64,000 nucleotides of DNA from Anolis carolinensis. Lineage: Eukaryota. Below, piece by piece: positions 53,401 through 64,000 of this stretch. Every line of letters starts with the position of its first letter. The first letter of the stretch is position 1. Made by a program: the position numbers and the translations under genes. The notes under the pieces were generated by a model. The model did no database searches and was not told where the DNA came from. It was given only the letters and a program-made list of their open reading frames with translations. Location: the NCBI RefSeq assembly GCF_035594765.1, contig NW_026943823.1:7316001-7380000 (forward strand), given 5' to 3'.

Positions 53401-56173
53401 AGACCAGAGCTTGTTGTCTTTTGCTGTCACAGCTGGAAAGGCCCAAAGACCTTGGAAGCATCACAATCAGATCTTCGAGCTATGCAAGGATAAGCTTGGC
53501 TACTCCTTGGATGGGGAACTATGGGCAATGGCAAACCACTTGCAAGGATTATCCTTGATTTAAGAAACCCTATAATAAATCATATAATGAAGTTAAATCG
53601 CTGTGCTGCTGAACTTGCTGACCAAAAGATTTGCGGTTCAAATCCATGGAGTTGGGTGAGCTCCTGCTGTTAGCCCCAGCTTCTGCCAACCTAGCAGTTC
53701 AAAAACATGCTAATGTGAGTAGATCAATAGGTACCGCTCAGGCGGGAAGATAACAGTGCTCCATGCAGTCTTGCCGGCCACATGACCTTGGAGGTCTTAG
53801 AAATGGAGATGAGCACCAACTCCCAGAGTCGGACACGACTGGACTTAACATCAGGGGAAAAGTTTTACCTTTACTATAATGAATCATTGGATACCTAAGC
53901 ACATCCCCAAATACTTTCTCCCTCTATGAGCAGCCCTATTAAGGAACCATAAGGTAAAGGTAAAGGTTTTCCTCCTGACATTAAGTCAGCACATCATCAG
54001 TTCATACACTCATAGGATCCCCAATCCTATCACATTTATTAGTATTATCTACTTGGTAATCTCAGGAGGACATTGGTCTCCAAACAGGCTGTTTGATGAC
54101 CGAATTCTTGCTTTTTGAAATTGGCAATAACATATGTGGCCATTTCCCCCCACGACAGAATATTATGCTTATTTTTCAACCTTCCCTTCCTAACCTTCTG
54201 CCTACCTAGCAGTTCGAAAGCAAAATGTGAGTAGATAAATAGGTACGACTTAAAAGCGGGGAGGTATTTTGAGGTACCTAGAAAGGCCAGAAAAATGCTG
54301 GTGATTTGATCAAGGAGGAAAGTTTACGAACAAAGCTCTTCGGCAGAGAGATGGAGCAAGAGCACAATAGAGCAAGATGGCCGGAACCAAGCACAAGCCT
54401 CCAAGATGCCAAAGATGGGAAAAGCCTATACACACACACACACACACACACAATTGTTTGTCCTGTCTGTGTATGAACGGCATTGAATGTTTGCCACGTA
54501 TGTATGTTCTGTGATCTGCCCTGAGTCCCATTCAGGGTGAGAAGGGCGGAAAATAAATACAGTAGAGTCTCACTTATCCAACATTCTGGATTATCCAACA
54601 CTTTTTTGTAGTCAATGTTTTCAAAACATCATGATATTTTGGTGCTAAATTCGTAAATACAGTCATTACTACATAGCATTACTTCGTATTGAACTACTTT
54701 TTCTATCGAATTTGTTGTATAACAAGATGTTTTGGTGCTTAATTTGTAAAATCATAACCTAATTTGATGTTTAATAGGTTTTTCCTTAATCCCTCCTTAT
54801 TATCCAACATATTCACTTATCCAACATTCTGCCGGCCTGTTTAGGTTGGATAAGTGAGACTACTGTATTATAAATTTAAAAAATAATAAATAAATAAATA
54901 ACCTCTTTGGTGGTGCAAGAGCTTATTCTCACAAATTTATTTATCTACCATATTTATCTCCTGCCTTTCTCTATCCCGAGGGGAACTTGAGGCTTACAAA
55001 TGGCATTTATACAGTGCCTTGGGCGTTAAACACAGGCATGAAATAGAATTATTAAAATTAAAACAGGCATTAAAACATAATTAAAATACATTCCAGTATG
55101 AGACACTGTCTGAGACACACAAACTATCTGATGACGTTGACTAAAGTCCATGCAAGTCTGTGATATACAGTAGAGTCTCACTTATCCAAGCTAAACAGGC
55201 CAGCAGAAGCTTGGATAAGCGAATATGTTGGATAATAAGGAGAGATAAAGGAGAAGCCTATTAAACATCAAATTAGGTTATGATTTTACAAATTAAGCAC
55301 CAAAACATCATGTTATACAACAAATTTGACAGAAAAAATAGTTCAATGCGCAGTAATGTTATGTTGTAATTACTGTATTTACCAATTTAGCACCAAAATA
55401 TCATGATATATTGAAAACATTGACTACAAAAATGCGCTGGATAATCCAGAACGTTGGATAAGCAAGACTCTACTGTAGAATTATAAAAATTCAAACAGGC
55501 ATAAAAACGTAATTAAAATACATTCCAGTATGAGACACTATCTGAGACACATAAATTATCTGATGATGTTGAATAAAGTCCATGCAAATCTGTGATATAT
55601 TTGTTAGTGTGAGCAGCTAAAGAAATTTTTTTTGGTTTATTTAATTTTTACCCCTCTTCTTTTTTTTCTTCCTCTTCTAATTCTTTTTTCCCTTTTTTCC
55701 TTTTTCCCCCTCTTTTCCCTCAATTTTGTAATTTATTTTATTGTATGTTTTTGTCTCTGTTTATGTTGCAAAGAACACTAATACAAAATTATTTTTAAAA
55801 AAAAAGATATTCTTGACCTTGCAAAACTACAACTCCCTTAGCTCCACAGCATAAGCACTTGGCTTTTTTGGGTGGGAAAGAACCTTAAAGGGCCCCCAAT
55901 GAGTGGCTCTGGCTCTTCCAGGTGTTTTGGACTTCATTTCCCAGAATTCCCTGCCGTTGCCCAAGCAGGCGAGGGCTTCTGGGAGTTGGAGTCCCTTGGC
56001 GGGCCTTACCTGACGCACTGGAGTGGCTCCTGCCCGCAGTCGGTCTGGCAGAGGAAGCGCTCCCAGTGGAGCCAGCCCATGGGCGGCGTGCGGGCCAGGC
56101 CGTTCTCCAGGGCTCCGCTCCACCGCGCCATCCCCAGCAGCACAAGCGGGAGCAGCCCGGCCATGGCCGCCAT
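47482..56173 (-). CDS. GLA: Alpha-galactosidase A (GH27), 7 exons, about 427 aa
   Basis: Exons 56173-56010, 51279-51105, 50814-50637, 50151-50060, 49639-49478, 49078-48881, 47796-47482 (internal exons 175/178/92/162/198 nt). Signal peptide then [31 protein letters not shown] and WRNYADI. SCEWPLY identifies GLA rather than NAGA (SCSWPAY). Confidence 0.97.
52447..52647 (-). mobile_element. Sauria SINE (3' part)
   Basis: AAAGGTAAAGGT tail plus body. Confidence 0.85.
53591..53874 (+). mobile_element. Sauria SINE (internally deleted)
   Basis: SINE body with TTTACCTTTAC tail. Confidence 0.85.
54560..54865. mobile_element. Mariner-type MITE
   Basis: TIR family as 12386-12828, TA flanks. Confidence 0.85.
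55168..55475. mobile_element. Mariner-type MITE
   Basis: TIR family as 12386-12828, TA flanks; bracketed by about 120-bp direct repeats. Confidence 0.85.
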
Positions 56174-56194
56174 CCTTCCAACTCTGGAGCCGCC

Positions 56195-56295
56195 TCGCTC
56201 CGGAAGAGCCCGCCAGCCAATCGCAGAGCCCCGCCCTCGCCGCTCCGCCAATCAGGACGCGATCCGACTAGCGCCGCGAGGAATGACCAATCCGG
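56195..56295 (-). promoter_or_regulatory. GLA promoter: three CCAAT boxes, GC box, ETS site
   Basis: CCAAT at about 56217, 56248 and 56287, CCGCCC at 56231, CCGGAAG at 56200, in a CpG-rich segment. Confidence 0.75.
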
Positions 56296-56516
56296 TGCCT
56301 GAGAGGCGGGACCGCAGGAACAAAACTTGCTCCCACTGGGAAGCTTAACCCCTTCGCTCCCGCAGGACTTTTAAAAACACATTTCTTTCCTCAATCGAGG
56401 AATCCAGGGCCCTTCCACACAGCTATACAACCCAGAATATCAAGGCAGGAAATCCCACAATATCTGGGTTGCTGGGATGTTTAGCCATGTTCTAGAAGCA
56501 TTCTCTCCTGACATTT

Positions 56517-57382
56517 AGCTAACACTCCAGAAGACAGGAGCAGAATTCAAAACGATCTTGACAGACTAGAGAGATGGGCCGAAACTAACAAAATGAAGTT
56601 CAACAGGGACAAATGCAAGATACTTCACTTCGGCAGAAAAAATGGAAATCAAAGATACAGAATGGGGGACGATGCCTGGCTTGACAGCAGTGTGTGCGAA
56701 AAAGACCTTGGAGTCCTCGTGGACAACAAGTTAAACATGAGCCAACAATGTGATGCGGCAGCTAAAAAAGCCAACGGGATTCTGGCCTCATCAATAGGGG
56801 AATAGCGTCTAGATCCAGGGAAGTCATGCTCCCCCTCTATTCTGCCTTGGTCAGACCACACCTGGAATACTGTGTCCAATTTTGGGCACCACAGTTGAAG
56901 GGAGATGTTGACAAGATGGAAAGCGTCCAGAGGAGGGCGACTAAAATGATGAAGGGTCTGGAGAACAAGCCCTATGAGGAGCGGCTTAAAGAGCTGGGCA
57001 TGTTTAGCCTGCAGAAGAGAAGGCTGAGAGGAGACATGATAGCCATGTACAAATACGTGAAGGGAAGTCATAGGGAGGAGGGAGCAAGATTGTTTTCTGC
57101 TGCCCTGGAGACTAGGACACGGAACAATGGCTTCAAACTACAGGAAAGGAGATTCCACCTGAACATCAGGAAGAACTTCCTCACTGTGAGAAGGGCTGTT
57201 CGACAGTGGAACTCTCTCCCCGGGGCCGTGGTAGAGGCTCCTTCTTTGGAGGCTTTTAAGCAGAGGCTGGATGGCCATCTGTCGGGGGTGCTTTGAATGC
57301 GATTTCCTGCTTCTTAGCAGGGGGTTGGACTGGATGGCCCATGAGGTCTCTTCCAACTCTACTATTCTATGATTCTATGATT
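56517..57382 (+). mobile_element. CR1 LINE, 5'-truncated (ORF2 C-terminus + 3' tail)
   Basis: MKFNRDKCKILHFG..., [19 protein letters not shown]...WNSLP...[13 protein letters not shown], and an (ATTCTATG)n terminus. CATTT duplicated at both ends. Confidence 0.95.
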
Positions 57383-57742
57383 CATTTCGCCCACATCCAT
57401 GGCAGGCATCCTCACAGGTTGTGAGGTATATGAAGAAACTAAGCAAAGGAGGTTTATATATCTGTGGAATAATGTCCAGGGTGGGAGAAAGAACTCTTAT
57501 CTGTTGGAGGCAAGTGTGAATATTGTAATCAATCACCTTGATTAGCATTGAAAAGCCTTGTAGCTTCAAGATCTGGCTGATTCCTGCCTGAGGGAATCAT
57601 TTATTGGGAGGTGTTAGCTGCCCCTGATTGTTTCATGCCCGGAATTCTCCAGTTTTCAGAGTGTTGTCCTTTATTTACCGTCGTCTGAAAACAGGGGAAT
57701 TCCAGATGAAACAATCAGGGCCCGCTAATAATAATAATAATA

Positions 57743-58040
57743 CAGTAGAGTCTCACTTATCCAAACTAAACGGGCGAGCAGAAGCTTGGATAAGCGAATA
57801 TCTTGGATAATATGGAGGGATTAAGGAAAAGCCTATTAAACATCAAATTAGGTTATGATTTTTACAAATTAAGCACCAAAACATCATGTTAGACAACAAA
57901 TTTGACAGAAAAAGTAATTCAATACGCAGTAATGTTATGTTGTAATTACTGTATTTACAAATTTAGCACCAAAATATCACTATATATTGAAAACATTGAC
58001 TACAAAAATGGCTTGGATAATCCAGAACCTTGGATAAGTG
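57743..58040. mobile_element. Mariner-type MITE
   Basis: Left TIR intact; right end runs into (TGA/TAA)n. Confidence 0.8.
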
Positions 58041-58106
58041 AATAATGATGATGATGAATAATAATGATGATGAATAATAATGATGATGATGGTGATGATG
58101 ATGATG

Positions 58107-58143
<37 letters not shown>

Positions 58144-58145
<2 letters not shown>

Positions 58146-58303
58146 GGCCACCCTACTGGGATCTACACACATTATCCGAAAATACATCACACAGTCCTAG
58201 ACACTTGGGAAGTGTTCGACTTGTGATTTTGTGATACGAAATCCAGCATATCTATCTTGTTTGCTGTCTCATAATAAAATAATAATAATAATAATAATAA
58301 TAA
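58144..58303 (+). mobile_element. R4/Dong-like non-LTR 3' end within a (TAA)n tract
   Basis: ATLLGSTHIIRKYITQS* C-terminus followed by a short 3' UTR, with TAA repeats on both sides. Dong/R4 elements are known to target TAA microsatellites. Confidence 0.65.
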
Positions 58304-58789
58304 TTTTATTTTTGTATCCAACCCCATCTGCCCAGAGAAACTTGGGCTGGCTCACAAGGTCACATTATAAAATACAGTATCAATACATTTAAAACAAGAG
58401 CACATAAAAAAGCATGTAAAACAAGCATATAACCATAAAACAAGCATGTGGACAATTTCAACAGAAAGGGGGAAACCAGGAACATGAACTCAATCTGGCT
58501 GCCATTATTTTAAAAAAACTCCAAAATCAGGACAGTACATATAGAAAAACACTCAAAAAAAGGGGAATTCCAGACAGGAAACAATCAGGGCCAGCTAACA
58601 CCTCCCAACAAAGGATCCCTCCAGGCAGGAAGTAGCCAGGCTTTGAAGCTGCAAAGCTTTCCCATGCTAATTTACACGGCGCTCCCATAACCTGTCGTTC
58701 CCATTTTGGGAAGAAGCGCCTCCAGTTGTCTGCGATGCTCTCGAACCAAAGGACAAAGACCAGTTGGCAGTTATGCAGCCCATGTTTTA

Positions 58790-59949
58790 TTATTTCCGAC
58801 CTTCCACCATGATGATGTGATAGCCAAACTTGGTTTTGACCGGAGGGTCTGTGTAGACGGGTTTGTCCATGCTGCTGACCGGCAGAGCAAAGGCGGCTTC
58901 CTGGAAGGGTCCCACCATGGAGCCCCTGGCCATCCAGCCCAGGTCGCCCTGAAAAGGCAGCACAGAGAGACTCTTTGAGCTGCAAACAGAGATGGGGAGC
59001 CTACCTGTAGTAGGATCATAGAACTAAGGTATTTTGGAAGTTGGGGCCCATTTTTGCCTTGGACATCATAGGAAATCTACCCTCCATCTACCAATATTTA
59101 TGATCTACTTTCTGCCTATTCCTACTTTGAAATGTATCTCTATCTATTTATTTACAGTATTTATATTCCGCCCTTCTCACCCCGAAGGGAACTCAGGGCG
59201 GATCACATTGTACACATATAAGGCAAACATTTAGTGCCATATACACATAGAACAGAGACAGAGACAGACGCAGAGGCAATTTAAACCTTCTCCAGTTTCC
59301 AGCTTCCTGAGGGTATGCTTGATTCCGGCCACAGGGGGAGGAGCTGCTTCATCATCCACTGAGACGGCAACTTCCTCATTCCAACGGCGGCGGGATGATT
59401 TTTTTTATGGTGTCGTAAATTAGCCTCCCCACATATAAGTGGTACCTAAATTTCCTACTTGAGAGCTGCAACTATCTTTCGGGTTGCTTAGGTCAACAAC
59501 GAACAGGGACTATTTTTTATTTTAATTGTCAGGTGCTCACCCTGACACGGGCTGGCCTTGAACTCATGACCTCTTGGTCAGAGTGATTTATTGCAGCTGG
59601 CTACTAACCAGCCTGCGCCACAGCCCGGCACCTGTCCCCTCACATTTAGACTGCAAGGGTTCAAATCAGTATCCATTCAGACAGGATGAAATTTGCTTGC
59701 TTCCTGAGAGTTTTGCTTTCGCACAGAGACTTCCAAAATAGCATGTCTAACATTTTCCTTTTTTGATCCGATTGCTGATATTTTAATAGCTCTGTAGAGT
59801 AACATGTTGCTTTGACCTTAATTTTTATTTGGTTAATTCCCTGGCTGCCAAGCACAAGGCTTCGCTCCTGACCATTAAACCCAGGTCAGACTAAGGAAAG
59901 TGTTCCCAAATCTGACAAAAATATTGCTATTGGGACAATAATGCTACTA

Positions 59950-60002
<53 letters not shown>

Positions 60003-62603
60003 ATTATAATAACAATAATATCCCACTTTATCTCTCTGAAAGGTGACTCAAAGCGGCTTAACATAAAAACATTAGCATATAGCTTAAAATATACAAATAT
60101 TAGGAATAAAATTCCAAATGAAACCAGAATACTTTCTCTTAGGAATGCCAGATTTTGAAATGGATTTAAGAAAAGACATACTATTTAATTACTTGGTGAC
60201 AGCGGCTAGAATAATTTATGCTAAAAACTGGAAATTGAAAGAAGCACCCCGGATAGAGGACTGGATATTGAAAATACTAGACATTACAAATATGGATAAC
60301 TTAACACAATGCCTTAAAAGAAACCAAGGCATACCAAAGAAATCAGCTGACTGGACTCTTTTGAAAGAATATTTAAAATAAGATAAGAAAAAAAGTAGAT
60401 TCCCAACCATAAAAAATAGCATGAGCAAATGGGAGGATGTGCTTCTTTAAAGAAAAGAAATGTATATTTCTATATAAATATACTAGCTGTGCCCGGCCAC
60501 GCGTTGCTGTGGCGAAGTATGGTGGTATGGGAAATAAAGTATTGAGGAATTGTGTATTGTATATTGATAATCTTATATTATCTGCTTAGAACTGGATTAT
60601 ATGAGGCCCTGTATAAAATGCACACTGAAGTGGATTATATGGTAGTGTGGAGTCAAGATAATCCAGTGCAAAGCAGATAATATAAGATTATAACTGGGTT
60701 ATATAGCTGTGTGGAAGGGCCTTGAGTCTACACTGCCATATAATCCAGTGCAAATTAGATAATCTATGGAAGAAGCCTAAGTGAGGCCTAAATCTGCCTG
60801 TCCCCTGGGCTGAGTTGGTTACTAGGAGACCAAGTGGGCAGAGATTAGTCCTCTAACTGGCAGCAATTGGATAAAAACAATTATTGCTCTCCCTCTAATT
60901 AGGACTTTATTTTTCTTTTCTTTTTGTTGTATCAACCTAGAGGCGTGGATGATGGGTTGTGTTGTCAAATTTCGAGGTTGGGGGGTCTGTAGTTTTGTGG
61001 GTCGCCGTGATGCCATCACTCATTTATATATATAGATGGACATTTTTGTTTTCAAACCTCGATGTAAGAGATCGGAAGTTGACAAACTTTTTTTTTCTTT
61101 CTCGCTATTTTCCTACTTTTCTCTATCATTTATGTTCCCCCACTTTCAATGTTAAAAAAAAATACTCGCGGATCTGTAACTATACATCTGCAACTTTATT
61201 CCGGTTTTTTTTTCCTTTTCTTATTTAATAAATTTTAATAAAAATTATTAAAAAAATAAAAATATGCTAACATTAAAACAGAATAATAAATAAATATAAT
61301 AGAGATGCACACGTGCATACATACCCCTTGCCTGGCTTTGTCCTCGCTGTATTGGGAGGCAACTTCACTGAAGCGCATTCCAGCCTTTAGCTTTTCCAGG
61401 GCTTCCAAGGCTCGGCTCTGCTTCTCACAAAGAATATGCCTCACCTTTGAAAGTCAGACAGAGATTAGATGCCACAAAGAAGACATGCAAAAACACTTTT
61501 TTACTGAGCCTCTGGTGCAAGGATGGGGTGCCCATGGACGTTTACATATTGTGTTATTGGACTGCTGTGAGTTTTCCAGGCTGTGTGGCCATGTTCCAGA
61601 AGCATTCTCTCCTGACGTTTCACCCATCTATGGCAGGCATCCTCACAGGTTGTGAGGTCTGTTGGAAACTAGGCAAGTGGGGTTTATGTATCTGTGGAAT
61701 AATGTACAGGATGGGAGAAAGAACAAAGTATTCCCCAGGCAGGAAGCAGCCAAGCTTTGGAGCTGCAAGGCCATTCAATGCTAATCAAGCTGGCCAACTG
61801 CAACATTCACATTTACCTCAAACAGAACATCTTGGACATTCCACAGACATATAAACCCCACTTGCTTAGTTTCCAACAACCTCTGAGGATGCTTGGCAGA
61901 GATGTGGGTGAAACGTCAGGAGATAATGCTTCTGGAGCATGGCCATACAGCCCGGAAAACTCACAGCAACCCAATCATGTTAATGTTACATAGTGTAGGG
62001 AGACATGACAGGCATTTCAGCTTGGCAATACAGTAGAGTCTCACTTATCCAACATAAATGGGCCGGCAGAACGTTGGATAAGTGAATATGTTGGATAATA
62101 AGGAGAGATTAAGAAAAAGCCTATTAAACATCAAAATAGGTTATGATTTTACAAATTAAGCACCAAAACATTATGTTATACAACAAATTTGACAGAAAAA
62201 GTAGTTCAATACGCAGTAATGTTATGTTTTAATTACTGTATTTACAAATTTAGCACCAAAATATCACGATATATTAAAAACATTGACTACAAAAATGCGT
62301 TGGATAATCCAGAATGTTGGATACGCGAGTGTTGGATAAGTGAGACTCTACTGTATTTTGAGCTCTCCGTCTCTGTGGGAGTTAAGACCCTCTGAATCAG
62401 GGATAGTGAGGTTTACATGTTCTCTGGTTGTAATTCCCTAATAGTGGCTGATGGAGTTATAGTCCAGCAACAGGACCACAATGGAATGCTTACAATGACA
62501 GAATATAAGCCCTTAATTGAATCTTTAAACGTGTATACTAACAAAATGGAGCCTCCAGTGGTGCAGCAGGTTAAACCGCTGAGCTGCTGAATTTATTTTT
62601 ATT

Positions 62604-62642
<39 letters not shown>

Positions 62643-63302
62643 TTAAACTTGTATACCGTACTCCCTGTTTGGCTCGGAGCGGTTTACAGAAATATATTAA
62701 AACAATACACTTAGCTTTAAAATAACAATAAAAACAATAAAAACAACAATAAAAGCAACAATAAAAACAGACATAGCCCCGAGTTTTTCACCCATTGAAA
62801 GCTTGTCGGAAGAGCAAGGTTTTGCAGGCCTTCCGAAAGGCAAGTAGGTCTCGGGTGGTTCGAGTTTCAACGGGCAAGGAATTCCATAATTTACTGACTG
62901 AAAGGTCGGCAGTTTGAATCCAGGGAGCGGAGTGAGCTCCAGCTGATAGCCCCAGCTTCTGCCAACCTAGCAGTTCGAAAACATGCAAATGCGAGATCAA
63001 TAGGTACCGCTCCGGTGGGAACATAACGGCACCCCATGCAGTCATGCCAGTGGCCACATAACCTTGGAGGTGTCTATGGACAACACAGGCTCTTCAGCTT
63101 AGCAATGGAGATGAGCACCAACCCCCAGGGTCGGACACGACTGGACTTAATGTCAGGGGAAAACCTTTACCTACTAACAAAATGTTTGGGAAGGTTTCCA
63201 ATTCGAAAGAGAATAGGCCGGTGCCTACCTTCACAGAGCTGCCTCCTCCTTTGGGGCCCTGGCTCTTCTTCTCCGCAGCATCGCCGCTCGAGAAGGATCC
63301 CC
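58790..63302 (-). CDS. PIN4: Parvulin-14 peptidyl-prolyl isomerase, exons 2-4 (exon 1 beyond window end)
   Basis: Exons 63302-63229 (..[15 protein letters not shown]), 61444-61325 ([40 protein letters not shown]) and 58948-58790 ([52 protein letters not shown]). Confidence 0.96.
59145..59628 (-). mobile_element. SINE with LINE2-like tail
   Basis: Reverse complement of the 25955-26402 family. Confidence 0.75.
60103..60470 (+). mobile_element. L1 LINE ORF2 C-terminal fragment
   Basis: PEYFLLG...[17 protein letters not shown]....PRIEDWILK, typical of non-mammalian L1 ORF2 ends. Confidence 0.75.
60483..61036 (-). mobile_element. Non-autonomous Helitron (copy 2)
   Basis: A|TCTATATATATAAATGAGTGATGGCATC...GCCACAGCAACGCGTGGCCGGGCACAGCTAG|T: A-T target, TC/CTAG ends and a 3' hairpin. 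Confidence 0.85.
61558..61973. mobile_element. Penelope-like inverted pLTR pair
   Basis: GCTGTGAGTTTTCC...CTCCTGACGTTTC on the left and its reverse complement on the right. Hammerhead-like motif at 61880-61920 (+). Confidence 0.75.
62031..62353. mobile_element. Mariner-type MITE
   Basis: TIR family as 12386-12828, TA flanks. Confidence 0.85.
62548..63172 (+). mobile_element. Sauria SINE interrupted by an L2 3' end (-, about 62592-62890)
   Basis: SINE head at 62548-62591 resumes at about 62892. The insert carries [28 protein letters not shown] and a (TAAA)n tail. Confidence 0.8.
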
Positions 63303-63450
63303 CTTCGAAGAGAAAAACAGAGGCAACAGTAAGATATGCTTGGGACCAGGGGTCCCCAAACTAAGGCCCGGGGGCCAGATGCGGCCCCTCCAAGGTCATT
63401 GACCTGGCCCCTGTCCTAAACTTGAGGCTTAGGGTTGACCTAAGTCTACC

Positions 63451-63758
63451 TGGTCTTTGGGGGCCCCTTTCCTTACCTATGGTCTTATGAGATCGTCTAG
63501 ATGGTCTTTGAAGGTCTCTTTGCTTAGCTACAGCCTTATGAGACCATCTAGATGGCTTTTGGAGGTCACTTTCCTTACCTATGGTCCTAGGAGACTGTCT
63601 AGATGGCCTTTGAAGGTTCCTTTTCCTTACCTATGGTTTTATGAGATTGTCTAGATGGCCTTTGGGGATCCCTTTCCTTACCTATGGTCTTATGAGACCA
63701 TCTAGATGGTCTTTGGAGGTCTCTTTGCTTACCTATGGTCTTATGAGACCATCTAGAT
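63451..63758. repeat. 51-bp minisatellite, about 6 copies, each with an internal palindrome
   Basis: Unit CCTATGGTCTTATGAGACCATCTAGATGGTCTTTGGAGGTCTCTTTGCTTA, starts at 63476, 63527, 63578, 63630, 63681 and 63732. Confidence 0.9.
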
Positions 63759-63890
63759 CAGGGGTCCCCAAACTAAGTCCCTCCAAGGTCATTGACCTGG
63801 CCTCTGTCCTAAACTTTAGACTTAGGGTTGACCTAAGTCTGAAATAACTTGAAGGGACACAACAACAACAATCCTAATTTTGGACTATGT

Positions 63891-64000
63891 CATCAGCGTG
63901 CTTGAGGAAGCAAAGACCACCAGCATTGAAGCGATGCTCCTACGCCATCAACTCCGCTGGACTAAAGGCCACGTTGTCCAAATGCCCAAAGATCACCGTC
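63891..64000 (+). mobile_element. RTE-clade LINE fragment
   Basis: SVLEEAKTTSIEAMLLRHQLRW..GHVVQMP motif. Confidence 0.75.

Noticed and set aside
47482-56173. Alternative identity as NAGA
   Set aside because: SCEWPLY specificity residues, 7-exon structure and position next to RPL36A/BTK all indicate GLA.
56174-56251. Longer N-terminus for GLA from the ORF-track start at 56251
   Set aside because: That start is a non-ATG codon within the CCAAT/GC-box promoter. The ATG at 56173 has good Kozak context and gives a normal signal peptide.
58706-58978. Plus-strand 90-aa ORF and alternative minus-strand ORFs
   Set aside because: Shadows of the PIN4 last exon.
63451-63758. CRISPR-like array of palindromic repeats; repetitive ORFs at 63457 and 63641
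   Set aside because: Vertebrate intron, no unique spacers, no cas genes. The ORFs arise only because the 51-bp unit is a multiple of 3.

Overview
Squamate genomic DNA, very probably an Anolis lizard (Sauria SINEs, Penelope, CR1, L2, hAT/mariner MITEs, Helitrons). It covers the block syntenic with human Xq22.1. Seven multi-exon genes can be reconstructed by hand with GT-AG sites and consistent phases, plus the 5' part of an eighth at the left edge. In order: AIPL1-like paralog (-, 5' part only), TAF7 at the TAF7L position (-), a NIPA2-like Mg2+ transporter (+), TIMM8A (-), BTK (-), RPL36A (+), GLA (-) and PIN4 (-, exon 1 outside the window). Main points: (1) two genes absent from the human locus, an AIPL1 paralog with a CRX-type site upstream and a NIPA2 paralog sharing a very compact bidirectional promoter with TAF7; (2) an intron-rich TAF7 carrying a U12-type minor intron; (3) a BTK PU.1/CACCC promoter resembling the human one; (4) no HNRNPH2 next to GLA, and a GLA with a long predicted 3' UTR; (5) Penelope-borne minimal hammerhead ribozyme motifs and several informative TE insertion footprints. 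Homology calls come from recalled protein sequences, not from database searches.
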